Below are positions 9,617 to 18,112 of a DNA stretch of 64,000 nucleotides, in pieces. A program made the translations under genes and the position numbers. The stretch lies in the IMG/VR virus record IMGVR_UViG_3300005528_000059, positions 5,409 to 69,408 of that record. One strand, given 5' to 3'. The stretch's first letter is position 1. Every line of letters begins with the position of its first letter. Source of the DNA: a virus. The notes under the pieces were generated by a model. It did not search any database and had not been told where the DNA came from. It saw only the letters and a list, made by a program, of their open reading frames with translations.

Positions 9617-10045
9617 ATGCAGACTAAAGAAACTGAGTTTTCAAAATTCGTGAGGACCACAGATAAAAGTTTTGACCTACGTCGTATCGAAACTGCCGAA
9701 GAGGATGGAACTGCGGATTTGCTTGGCTATCATGTGCCGACAGGGAAAGGTTTAACTATTGAGCTCAAGTCCCGACCAGTTAACAAACTAGGCAAAATTG
9801 ATATGCAACTCAAACCCGACCAGCGTATCTTCCTAAGATGGGCTACACACTTTTTAACTTCACTAGTTGTTGTTGATTTGCAGGACGAGCGTGTGCTAAT
9901 TCTTCCAGCGGTGAATACGTTAGGGTGGCATACAGGCACTCATCTAACCCAGGAGCTGCAGAGTTTGATCGACTTAGGTGGATTTGTCGTTCCAAAGGAG
10001 AAATTGCACGCTGCCCTTGCTGCCTACCTTACAAGGGCGGTTTAG
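9617..10045 (+). CDS. PD-(D/E)XK nuclease (VRR-NUC/resolvase-like)
   Basis: RIE..GTADLLG..TIELKS..LKPDQRIFLR; adjacent to an SNF2 helicase. Confidence 0.7.
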   Translation: MQTKETEFSKFVRTTDKSFDLRRIETAEEDGTADLLGYHVPTGKGLTIELKSRPVNKLGKIDMQLKPDQRIFLRWATHFLTSLVVVDLQDERVLILPAVNTLGWHTGTHLTQELQSLIDLGGFVVPKEKLHAALAAYLTRAV

Positions 10046-10120
10046 CCTGCCTAAGCCTTGCCCTACCCTATAGCACAAACAAGCCACAGCGCAGCGCCCC
10101 AGCCTCCTAAAAGGTCTATT
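10029..10120 (+). repeat. Dispersed ~90-bp degenerate element, copy A
   Basis: aagggcggttta..ccctaccc..gcgcccc agcctcctaaaaggtcta; no TC or GA dinucleotide from 10001 to 10105. Confidence 0.7.
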
Positions 10121-10121
10121 T

Positions 10122-11804
10122 ATGCAGCAAACCACCCAACCCAAGCTAAAGCTAGAGCGAGGTGCTATAGTTATAGAAGGTCAGATGTCTGACAAGCTAG
10201 AATATACGCTTGCGACACTTCCTGGAAAGAGTAAGCGGCTAAACGGCACAGTCTATATTCATGAGACACAGCAGAATATGGACTACATTATCAACAGACA
10301 TCCGAATATTCAAATGGATGGATATCTAAGATCAAAATATGTTATCTCATTTGACGATGAAGAATCTCAAGCCATTCCGGATTTTGCGAAAGACTATGTT
10401 TTTCACACCCAACCGTACAATCACCAGAAGAAAGATTTTTATAGATTCTGTGACGCTAATTTCTACGCCTTATTCTACGAGATGGGCGCTGGAAAAACTA
10501 AACTGGTCATCGATCTGACTGCAGTCAAATATCTAGCGGGTGATGTCAACACACTTATCGTTATTGCTCCCGGAGGTGTTCATCGACAATGGGCGGAAGA
10601 GCAGATACCAAAACATCTTCAGCCAGACATTCAAAGAATGTGTCATGTGTCGAGTGCTCGCGAATACAGAAAAGGTATTGACAACTTCGAGGAAGTCTTA
10701 GCGTTTGAGGGTTTAGCTGTTTTCTGTTTTCATTATCAAAGTGTCTCACTCGAAGACGGACCTGTACGAGATTTGATTAATCGAGTCATTCGTACTCGTA
10801 AGAAAGTTAAAGTAGTATTCGACGAGTCTACTGCGATTAAGAATGAAAAGTCTAACATCACAGAGTATATGCAAAGCCTTACCTCAAGAACAGTTTGTCG
10901 TGCGATTTTGGACGGCACACCTGTTACGAAAAATCTGTTCGATGTGTTTAGCCCCTTCAAGTTTTTAAGCCCAACAGTCTTCGGTGATAACTATTATGCT
11001 TATCGTGCTCAGTATGCTGTAATGGGTGGGTACAAGAATAAGAAAATCAAAGCGTACAAAAATCTTGATGAGGTTCAAAATAAGATTGACCGTTACGGAA
11101 GTCGTGTTCTGAAGAAGGATTGTATGGACCTTCCTGAGAAAATCATTGACTATACATTTACAGAATTGACACAGCAGCAGTTAGATACTTACTCGCTTTT
11201 GAAAGAGCAGTTTGTTATCGATATGAGCGAGGGTAAAATCCAAGACGTCGTTCGTGCTGCTAACAGAATTCAGATTCTTCAAGCTATCTTGTCAGGCTTC
11301 ATACCTAACCCCGAAGATAAGCCTAAGCGGATTGAAAGTAATCGTGCTACGACAATGGTCGAGTGGTTGCGCATGAACGAGAAGAAAACAATTATCTGGG
11401 CAAAATATCACGAAGAAATTGCTATAATCAGTGAGACGCTTGCTAGGAGCTTCAACGAAGGATTCGTTGTTTACTCCGGACTCCAGAACGATGATCAGAA
11501 ACAAGCAAATCTTAAAAGGTTTAAAACTGACCCAGGAACGCGCTTCATCATTGGCAGTAAGTCCATGGATCGAGGTCTAGACATAGTAGAAGGGAAACGG
11601 GCTTTCTGGTATTCACCGACTTACATGCTCGACCAGTATCTACAGGCTAACGATCGTATCCATCGTGGTGGTCAAACTGAGTCTGTGCACATTACCCGAT
11701 GCACAGCGGGCGGAAAATACGTAGACCAACAGGCTTGGGATACATTAGAGATGCGTAAGAACTTTGCGACTGAGCTGCTAGATGTTAGAAACAGTTTCTT
11801 ATAA
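10122..11804 (+). CDS. SNF2-family (SF2) helicase
   Basis: YEMGAGKT (motif I), FDES (II), LDGTP (III), RGLD, QANDRIHRGGQ (VI). Confidence 0.9.
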   Translation: MQQTTQPKLKLERGAIVIEGQMSDKLEYTLATLPGKSKRLNGTVYIHETQQNMDYIINRHPNIQMDGYLRSKYVISFDDEESQAIPDFAKDYVFHTQPYNHQKKDFYRFCDANFYALFYEMGAGKTKLVIDLTAVKYLAGDVNTLIVIAPGGVHRQWAEEQIPKHLQPDIQRMCHVSSAREYRKGIDNFEEVLAFEGLAVFCFHYQSVSLEDGPVRDLINRVIRTRKKVKVVFDESTAIKNEKSNITEYMQSLTSRTVCRAILDGTPVTKNLFDVFSPFKFLSPTVFGDNYYAYRAQYAVMGGYKNKKIKAYKNLDEVQNKIDRYGSRVLKKDCMDLPEKIIDYTFTELTQQQLDTYSLLKEQFVIDMSEGKIQDVVRAANRIQILQAILSGFIPNPEDKPKRIESNRATTMVEWLRMNEKKTIIWAKYHEEIAIISETLARSFNEGFVVYSGLQNDDQKQANLKRFKTDPGTRFIIGSKSMDRGLDIVEGKRAFWYSPTYMLDQYLQANDRIHRGGQTESVHITRCTAGGKYVDQQAWDTLEMRKNFATELLDVRNSFL

Positions 11805-11813
11805 GGAGTGCAC

Positions 11814-12446
11814 ATGAGCGACATCGACTTTGATGAGCTAGAGCAGGATTCCCAGCTTAGTTCAGTATCCGATAAACATTATGAAAATCTTTCTGAAGCT
11901 GTTGAAAAGCTAGCTATCCTTCGCGCACGTAAGGCTAAAGGCGAAACGTACATGAAGGAGATTGATGCTGAGATGGCTGATCTTCAACGTCGTGTCCTGC
12001 CAGCTATGATGGAAGCGGCAAGAACAAAAGACTTCACCTCCTTGGACACTGCTACCAAGGTGGAGATGAAGACCATCATCAAGGCTACCATGCCTAAAGA
12101 AAAAGATGATGACGATCATGATGAGCCGTACGAGGTACGGAAAAAGAAAGCTATTGGGTGGCTTGAAAGAAACAATCTTGATGATATTGTGGCACGCGAG
12201 ATTTCCGTGACACTTGGCAAAGACTCGACAGAGCTTGCCCAAAGACTTCTCGACGCCATACGACTAGCTTCGAATGGTGCCGTGGAGCCAGAACTGAAAG
12301 ATAGCGTCAATTATATGACGCTTAACGCAGTTCTAAAACGCCGTCTGGAGTCTGACCAAGAGGTTCCAACTTCAGAAGACGGCTTTGACGTTTTTACTGG
12401 CCGCATCGTAGATGTTGTGTCAGCTACAAAACGTAAGAGAACGTAA
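11814..12446 (+). CDS. Conserved phage replication-module protein
   Basis: aaggag RBS; WLE.N.L.DIV.REISVT.GK..V...TL.A.+K pattern; lies between the helicase and SSB-like genes. Confidence 0.6.
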   Translation: MSDIDFDELEQDSQLSSVSDKHYENLSEAVEKLAILRARKAKGETYMKEIDAEMADLQRRVLPAMMEAARTKDFTSLDTATKVEMKTIIKATMPKEKDDDDHDEPYEVRKKKAIGWLERNNLDDIVAREISVTLGKDSTELAQRLLDAIRLASNGAVEPELKDSVNYMTLNAVLKRRLESDQEVPTSEDGFDVFTGRIVDVVSATKRKRT

Positions 12447-12486
12447 GAGCAAGAAATAACTAACGAAAAACAAAGGACTAATAACT

Positions 12487-13371
12487 ATGACCGATGAAAA
12501 GAAAAAGGCTTCAACCGAAGTCGCAGAAGTAGAAGTCAAGGAAACAGCACTCACAACAGCAGCCCCGATGTCCATGGAGGATATGCTGGAATCTGACTCC
12601 GGCTCAGGTATGGAAAACCTGACCAGTGATGTTCTTCAGATTCCGTTCCTTACTATTTTGCAAGCGCTCTCGCCTCAAGTTACTCGCGGTAATGCCGAGT
12701 ATATCAAGGACGCGCAGCAAGGTATGATTTTTAACACCTTGACAAAGCAAGTCTATCCAGCTATCGCGGCTGATGACGAGCCAGGAATCTTGGTGAGCGC
12801 AGTGTACTTCGCAACGAAGCATATTGAGTGGAAAGATCGCAAGAAAGGTGGCGGTTTGCGTCGTGTCTGGGGCGAAGACTTGAGCTTCCAGAACTCGCCT
12901 GACTACGTTTACAACGCTGAGTCACAAACTTACGTCAACGCAGATGGCGAGAGCTCTGTGATTCAGCACTTGGAAACTTATCTCCAAATGTTGGGCACCC
13001 CTGAGCAACTGGAGTTGAGCCAAGCTATCGTCAGTATGAAAGGTACTCAACTGAAGAAAGCGAAGATGTGGAATAGCTTGCGGACAAACTTGCGTGTCAA
13101 GACACCATCTGGAAAGCTCATCAATCCACCTTCGTGGTTCGGTGTTTACAGATTACGTACAGCCCTGGAAAGCAACGACTCCGGTAGCTGGTTCGGTTGG
13201 AAAATTGAGCACTACAAGAATCTGAACGAGTTCGAAGAAGGTCCGTACATCTACGGAGAGGCAAAACGCCTTTACGAAGGTATTCACGATGGTTCTATTC
13301 GTGCTGATGAGAACATGCGCAGCGTAGAAAGCCTTTCCAACGCTGACGTAGCTAGCGATATTCCGTTCTAA
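12487..13371 (+). CDS. Phage ssDNA-binding protein-like
   Basis: GSGMEN..IPFLTILQALSPQV..GMIFNTLT..GSWFGWKI; acidic C-terminal tail SDIPF. Confidence 0.65.
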   Translation: MTDEKKKASTEVAEVEVKETALTTAAPMSMEDMLESDSGSGMENLTSDVLQIPFLTILQALSPQVTRGNAEYIKDAQQGMIFNTLTKQVYPAIAADDEPGILVSAVYFATKHIEWKDRKKGGGLRRVWGEDLSFQNSPDYVYNAESQTYVNADGESSVIQHLETYLQMLGTPEQLELSQAIVSMKGTQLKKAKMWNSLRTNLRVKTPSGKLINPPSWFGVYRLRTALESNDSGSWFGWKIEHYKNLNEFEEGPYIYGEAKRLYEGIHDGSIRADENMRSVESLSNADVASDIPF

Positions 13372-13417
13372 CTGCTAAAAGCAGCTTTGCGAGAGTAAAC
13401 CCACTTGGCTTCTGCGC

Positions 13418-13449
13418 AGGATTGTATATACCTATTCCTGGGCAGAAGC
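13418..13449 (+). other. Stem-loop in the leader of the Ala/Lys-rich gene (3' arm; full hairpin 13408-13449)
   Basis: gcttctgc-g-cagga / tcctg-g-gcagaagc with a 14-nt AT-rich loop; no U-tract. Confidence 0.5.
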
Positions 13450-13480
13450 ACCCAACTTATCCGTTTTGAGGAGTATGAAA

Positions 13481-14203
13481 ATGAGTGAAGTCGAAGAAGT
13501 AGCAGCCGCAGAAGTTGAAGACAAAGCTGCGAAGGCCGCTGCAAAAGAAGCCGCGAAAGCTGCCAAGGCTGCTGAAGCTGCTGAAAAGAAAGCTGCAAAA
13601 GCTGCTGAGCGTGAAGCTGCGAAAGCCGCCAAGGCTGCTGAAAAGAAGGCTGAAGTTCCAGTGTTCGTCGGCCCTAACGCCGCGAGCGAAGGCACTGTTT
13701 ATGATCGCCTGCGCAAAGTAGTTTCGGGTGCTGAAGGTTTACCAATGGATGAGTTGATCACTCACACGATCACCAGCGGCTTTGTTGCTGATAATTCCAA
13801 GGCGTTCACCGACAAGCCAGCATCCTTCTTGCGCGGCTACTTCACCACGGGTATCCGCAAGGGCTTCTTTGCGACCACTGCTGGAGCAGTTTACACGAGC
13901 GAAAAGCGTCAGCAAGCTACTCGCAAGGTAGCCAAGGAAGTTCCAGAAAGCGCATCAGTTGTCCTGTTGGTGTTGCAGCAATTGGCAACTGTCGCAGCTG
14001 ATGGTGAAAGCAACGTCGGCGTGGGCGTCGAGCCTCAAGAAATTGTGAAGGCGTCCGAAAAGACGAAGTCCACAGTTAACAAGGCGCTGAAGAAGCTGGA
14101 AGAAGGCGGTTACATCGAGCTTGACCAAGTCGGTGAGCCTGACCCGAAGGACGTCGCTTTCCTTACCCAAAAAGGCTCGGATTACACAGTCGAAGCTGCG
14201 TAA
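13481..14203 (+). CDS. Ala/Lys-rich (histone H1-like) N-terminus plus C-terminal winged-HTH DNA-binding protein
   Basis: AAKAAAKEAAKAAKAAEAAEKKAA repeats; EIVKASEKTKSTVNKALKKLEEGGYI..AFLTQKG (MarR-like wHTH); gaggag RBS. Confidence 0.7.
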   Translation: MSEVEEVAAAEVEDKAAKAAAKEAAKAAKAAEAAEKKAAKAAEREAAKAAKAAEKKAEVPVFVGPNAASEGTVYDRLRKVVSGAEGLPMDELITHTITSGFVADNSKAFTDKPASFLRGYFTTGIRKGFFATTAGAVYTSEKRQQATRKVAKEVPESASVVLLVLQQLATVAADGESNVGVGVEPQEIVKASEKTKSTVNKALKKLEEGGYIELDQVGEPDPKDVAFLTQKGSDYTVEAA

Positions 14204-14219
14204 TTTCTGATTATCTTTT

Positions 14220-14255
14220 AAGCCCGATCCTAGTGCAGGATCGGGCTTTTTGTTT
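14220..14255 (+). terminator. Intrinsic terminator
   Basis: aagcccgatcc-tagtgca-ggatcgggctt followed by a T-tract. Confidence 0.85.
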
Positions 14256-14269
14256 GAGGAGGACCTCCC

Positions 14270-15163
14270 ATGCTTGTGAAGCCAATGTCTACTAGACCTA
14301 AGACTTACGAAGAAGCCCTGTCTCTTCTGGAATACTATCTTCATGAGAGGGAGAAAATTCGCTTAGCTAAACTCGGGGATAGTCACCCCACTTCAAGCGA
14401 CCCTATATTGAAAAAGTATAGGTTTACCAATGTCCTGCGCGCCCACGATCGTACTACTCAATGGGGTGTAGAGAACATCTACAAGCCTTTGATGGCTGAG
14501 GATGCAGGCGCAGAGATTATTCTTTTGAACGCTGGTATCTTTAGATACTTTGGCACGACTGACTTTTTCAAAGAGTTAGGCATTCAACGCGACTTCCAGC
14601 CTGAAGTTATCATTGGGAAAGCACGGGAAATGCGCGCTCGTGGCCAGAAAGTTTTTACGTCGGCTTACGTAATCACTAACGGTGGTATCAGTCTGCCAAA
14701 AGAAGAGGTCGTAGTCAACCATTACATCAGGGCATTGTACACTAATATTCCCGAGATTCTAGGGAACTACGAGAACAAATTTGAAATCTACGCAAAGCGT
14801 ATGTATCAGCTCAAGGGATTTGGTGGCACAGGTTTCATGACAAAGGAAGTTCTTTCCGATGTCCTCCTGTCAGGTGTAGTAGACTTCACTGACAAGTACG
14901 AGTGGAGTCCGGTTGGTCCTGGAGCCCTTCGTGGCTTAGGTTGGATGTTTCCGAACAGTCGCCACAATATTCCAAAAGGTGACAAAGCTGTCCCTCTTCT
15001 CCGTATGATTGCCAAGGACTTGAAGTTAGAGCCTTGGATGCCTCAGTTTGGAAAAGAGCTTGACCTTCACGGTATTCAATTTGCTATGTGCGAGCTTGAC
15101 AAATATGCGCGAACGCTATATGATGGCGGCGCACCTAAAGCAATCTACAAGCCCTACTTCTAA
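14270..15163 (+). CDS. aGPT-Pplase1 / 5-hmdU DNA kinase helical-domain family protein (HhH-glycosylase-like DNA-modification enzyme)
   Basis: ERE.IR..DPILKKYRFTNVLRAHDR, G.G.GFM.KEV.SD, GPGALRGL, CELDKYAR motifs. Confidence 0.85.
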   Translation: MLVKPMSTRPKTYEEALSLLEYYLHEREKIRLAKLGDSHPTSSDPILKKYRFTNVLRAHDRTTQWGVENIYKPLMAEDAGAEIILLNAGIFRYFGTTDFFKELGIQRDFQPEVIIGKAREMRARGQKVFTSAYVITNGGISLPKEEVVVNHYIRALYTNIPEILGNYENKFEIYAKRMYQLKGFGGTGFMTKEVLSDVLLSGVVDFTDKYEWSPVGPGALRGLGWMFPNSRHNIPKGDKAVPLLRMIAKDLKLEPWMPQFGKELDLHGIQFAMCELDKYARTLYDGGAPKAIYKPYF

Positions 15164-15177
15164 CTCGGAGCGAAGTA

Positions 15178-15999
15178 ATGACAAAAGAAATGAGAATTTA
15201 TATTCCCAGTCGGGGAAGAGCCGACCCACGGCTTCAATACACCTCAAGAATCCTTAACGATGCAGGTATCGTTCATTACCTAGTAGTTCGCCCAGACGAG
15301 ATGGAAGCATACCAAATAATGCTCAATCATCATGCCGATGAATTTCGTCACACAAAACTTCTCGATCGTCCAGAGTCCTGCACGAACTTGTCACAGACAC
15401 TTAGCCACTTGATTCGAGTATCCGCAGGGATTGGTGTGAACTGTTTGCTGCTAGATGACGATCTTCGTTTCAGCAGACGTATTAGCCAGAAAGGTCCAGA
15501 ACTCCGTAAGGCTGACCCTCAGGACATGCCTGAGCTTATCGCACGCTTAGCAGCACTTCTTGATGGTGACGTGAAGATGGCTGGTATTTCTGCCCGTACT
15601 ATGAACCAAAATCGCTATCCTGATACGGTTCAATACTGTGGTCGCCAGATGCAAGCTCACGCTATTGACACAGAGTTTTTCGTTGATGAGGGTATCGATC
15701 CTGCACGAGTTATCTGTAAGTCTGATTTTCACATGACGCTTTGCGTGTTGGAAGCGGGTTATCGTAACGCAATCATTTGTGATTACACCGTGGACCAAGC
15801 TTCTGGCTCGAACGCCAAAGGCGGAGTTTCTACCTACCGCACTGCTGAAGTTATCAATGAGGGTGCAGAGCTGCTAAAACAACTGCATCCCGACTACGTT
15901 AAGATCGTAGAAAAGGCTACCGTGTGGAAAGGCATGTCTGGCATCCGTAAGGAAGTCAACATCGGTTGGAAAAAAGCTTACAAGGAGGCTAAGTTATGA
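15178..15999 (+). CDS. GT-A fold DNA glycosyltransferase (TAGT/GREB1-like family)
   Basis: IYIPSRGR, LVV...E..AY, LLDDDL (DxD), DFH.TL..L..GY.N, SNAKGG.S.YRT, L...HP.YVK. Confidence 0.8.
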   Translation: MTKEMRIYIPSRGRADPRLQYTSRILNDAGIVHYLVVRPDEMEAYQIMLNHHADEFRHTKLLDRPESCTNLSQTLSHLIRVSAGIGVNCLLLDDDLRFSRRISQKGPELRKADPQDMPELIARLAALLDGDVKMAGISARTMNQNRYPDTVQYCGRQMQAHAIDTEFFVDEGIDPARVICKSDFHMTLCVLEAGYRNAIICDYTVDQASGSNAKGGVSTYRTAEVINEGAELLKQLHPDYVKIVEKATVWKGMSGIRKEVNIGWKKAYKEAKL

Positions 16000-17057
16000 A
16001 GACTATGTTAGAATCTACTCATCCCGATTACGGTCTTTTGTTTATCGCACGAGATGCAATGAACAATTCAGGTTGGATCAAGCGCGATAGTCGTGCTGGT
16101 TTCACAGTTGAGTTTGAAAGCCCTGTGATCGTCAAAAACAGCCGTTACTATATTTCGTCTTCGCCTGTTCGAGATGCTAATCCGTTCTTCCATTTGGCTG
16201 AGTCCCTTTGGATGCTTGCTGGTCGCCAGGACTTGGACTTTCTTCTTATCTTCAACTCCACCTTCGGCCAGTTTTCTGACGATGGCAAGTTTGTTCGCGG
16301 TTCGGCCTATGGTTATCGCTGGCGTGAATTCTTTGGCAAAAATCAGATTGCTAGTATTATCAATGAGTTACAGAATACTGCGTCGCGTCGTGCTGTTCTA
16401 ACACAGTGGTCTGTCGAAGACCTTAACATTGACTCCAAGGACGTTCCCTGCAACACTCAAACGTACTTCCTTGTTCGCAATGGCAAGTTAGACATGACTG
16501 TAGTCAACCGCTCAAACGATTTGATCTATGGAATGTACGGAAGCAACATTGTTCACTTCTCGATTTTGCATGAGTATATCGCTTCTGCGCTGAACATCGA
16601 GAAAGGCGATTACTACCAAATGTCAAATTGTTTGCACATCTACACGGATAACTCTGTGTTCCAAAAGATGCAAAGCAACTATCGTGCTGACTTCTCTGCT
16701 CCCGAAGTCGACAACGATTTGGCAGGCTATTGTGATAATCCTTACGGCTCATTGGTCCAAGCACCAATTGGTGACGCTGTGCAGTTCATGTCTGACCTCA
16801 CTGAATTTTTTAATAAATTCGATGAGTTGCGTAGTACTGCCCCCGATCGTGATGCTCTGGAAGATTTGGGCCTAGCTCTTGGGCAAATCCGAGATACGAC
16901 TTCCCCTTTGCTTCAAGATTTCTATCACATGGGCTTAGCCTGGATTTCTTTCAAGCGCAAACAGAAGCCTATTTGGTTGCCGAACGACGGTGGCACTATC
17001 TGGCGTTTCGTCAGTCAGAATTACCTGACACGTCGCAACAGGGAGATTCTTTCTTGA
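15996..17057 (+). CDS. Thymidylate-synthase-fold enzyme, probable dUMP hydroxymethylase
   Basis: RDANPFFHLAESLWMLAGR, AYGYRWR, SRRAVL, DVPCNT (catalytic Cys), NRSNDLIYGMYGSNIVHFS (Asn indicates dUMP specificity). Confidence 0.85.
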   Translation: MKTMLESTHPDYGLLFIARDAMNNSGWIKRDSRAGFTVEFESPVIVKNSRYYISSSPVRDANPFFHLAESLWMLAGRQDLDFLLIFNSTFGQFSDDGKFVRGSAYGYRWREFFGKNQIASIINELQNTASRRAVLTQWSVEDLNIDSKDVPCNTQTYFLVRNGKLDMTVVNRSNDLIYGMYGSNIVHFSILHEYIASALNIEKGDYYQMSNCLHIYTDNSVFQKMQSNYRADFSAPEVDNDLAGYCDNPYGSLVQAPIGDAVQFMSDLTEFFNKFDELRSTAPDRDALEDLGLALGQIRDTTSPLLQDFYHMGLAWISFKRKQKPIWLPNDGGTIWRFVSQNYLTRRNREILS

Positions 17058-17614
17058 TACAGAATCTAGCACACTTAGAGGATCGTTTGGATACGGGTGG
17101 TGTAACTCGCTACCACGCTGCCCCCGACGTAGAACCTCAGAATATTGCCGAACACTCTTGGAGGGTCTGTCAGACCCTCCTTTTCATTTATCCAGAGGCT
17201 TCTGCTGACTGCATGCGGTATGCCCTTGCCCACGACATGGATGAACGTTTCGTAGGGGATATTCCTTACTTTACAAAAGCAAAATTAGACATGTCGGTTG
17301 TCGAAGCCGAAGCAGACAAACTGTTAGACAACTTCATGGACTCCACGGATGTCCGTGGAACAAAACTTCAGAAGCACGAAAAACTACTTGTTGATTTCTG
17401 TGATCGATACGAGCTAACCGTTTACTGCCTTAGCCAAAGGACACGCGGGGGACGCCGTATAGCGCTCTCGGGTATTAGTATATGCTTGCGTACCCTAGAC
17501 GAGTTTAGAGCTATAGCTATTAGCGCCCCTGTTCTACGAACGCAAATCTATGCGTTAGCACGCACTATGGAGTTGCTAGTGTACGAGGCAAATCTATCTC
17601 TAAACAAAAATTGA
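17054..17614 (+). CDS. HD-domain 5'-deoxynucleotidase (YfbR-like)
   Basis: VTRYH..QNIAEHSWRV..ALAHDMDERFVGDIP..D..E; TTG start overlapping the upstream stop. Confidence 0.85.
   Translation: MIQNLAHLEDRLDTGGVTRYHAAPDVEPQNIAEHSWRVCQTLLFIYPEASADCMRYALAHDMDERFVGDIPYFTKAKLDMSVVEAEADKLLDNFMDSTDVRGTKLQKHEKLLVDFCDRYELTVYCLSQRTRGGRRIALSGISICLRTLDEFRAIAISAPVLRTQIYALARTMELLVYEANLSLNKN
17431..17540 (-). repeat. Dispersed element copy B, embedded in the HD gene
   Basis: Minus strand atacggcgtcccccgcgtgtcct matches copy D atacggccacgcccgcgtgtcct; TAG/CTA-rich. Confidence 0.5.
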
Positions 17615-17668
17615 AGTGGCGTCTGACGTTTAGGTAAGTTACACTAAAACACAAACAAGGAGAGCACC

Positions 17669-18112
17669 ATGATTGACCAAGTAGGTGGTAGTCATTATTC
17701 TAGAGCAGGCAATTTCCAGCATTGGGATTTGTGGCTTCTTATTCGACCTTTTGACGGTAACATCCTTATCTACGCAGCTACCAAGTATCTTGCTCGCCTT
17801 GATATGAAAGAGCCTTTGGTGGGTGTTCGTAAGTCTATCTCTTATCTTGAGAAGTATCTTATCCACGTCAAGCAAAAAGCTGCTAATCCACAAGTGCCGT
17901 TTGCTGTCTGTATCTCCCAAGAGCCTACGCCACTTGATCGTATTCTTCAAACGCTTCCAACGGTTGAAACTGACCCACGCATCGTTGGTGTGTATATCGC
18001 TCTTAGCGGACATCCTACCTTGAGTACTGTCGAAAATTGCGTGAAAGTTCTTAAGTCCTACGTCGAGGACGAACAAAGAAAGCCTGTGGCGGCTGATGCT
18101 TTTAACATCTGA
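17669..18112 (+). CDS. DUF3310 (SaV-like) domain protein
   Basis: QVGGSHY..QHWD..ATKYLAR...K.....+RK...YLEK. Confidence 0.75.
   Translation: MIDQVGGSHYSRAGNFQHWDLWLLIRPFDGNILIYAATKYLARLDMKEPLVGVRKSISYLEKYLIHVKQKAANPQVPFAVCISQEPTPLDRILQTLPTVETDPRIVGVYIALSGHPTLSTVENCVKVLKSYVEDEQRKPVAADAFNI

Noticed and set aside
13432-13695. Ala/Phe-rich minus-strand ORF as a membrane peptide
   Set aside because: It is the antisense read of the Ala/Lys repeat in the 13481 gene.
15996-17057. Ordinary ThyA or a dCMP hydroxymethylase
   Set aside because: Motifs (RDANPFFH, NRSND..G..G.N.VHFS) and neighbours fit phage dUMP hydroxymethylases; the specificity residue is Asn, not Asp.
17440-17470. Resemblance of acgcgggggac to the synthetic Widom 601 sequence (possible contamination)
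   Set aside because: The match is only ~11 nt inside an intact phage gene; chance or convergence on bendable DNA is sufficient.
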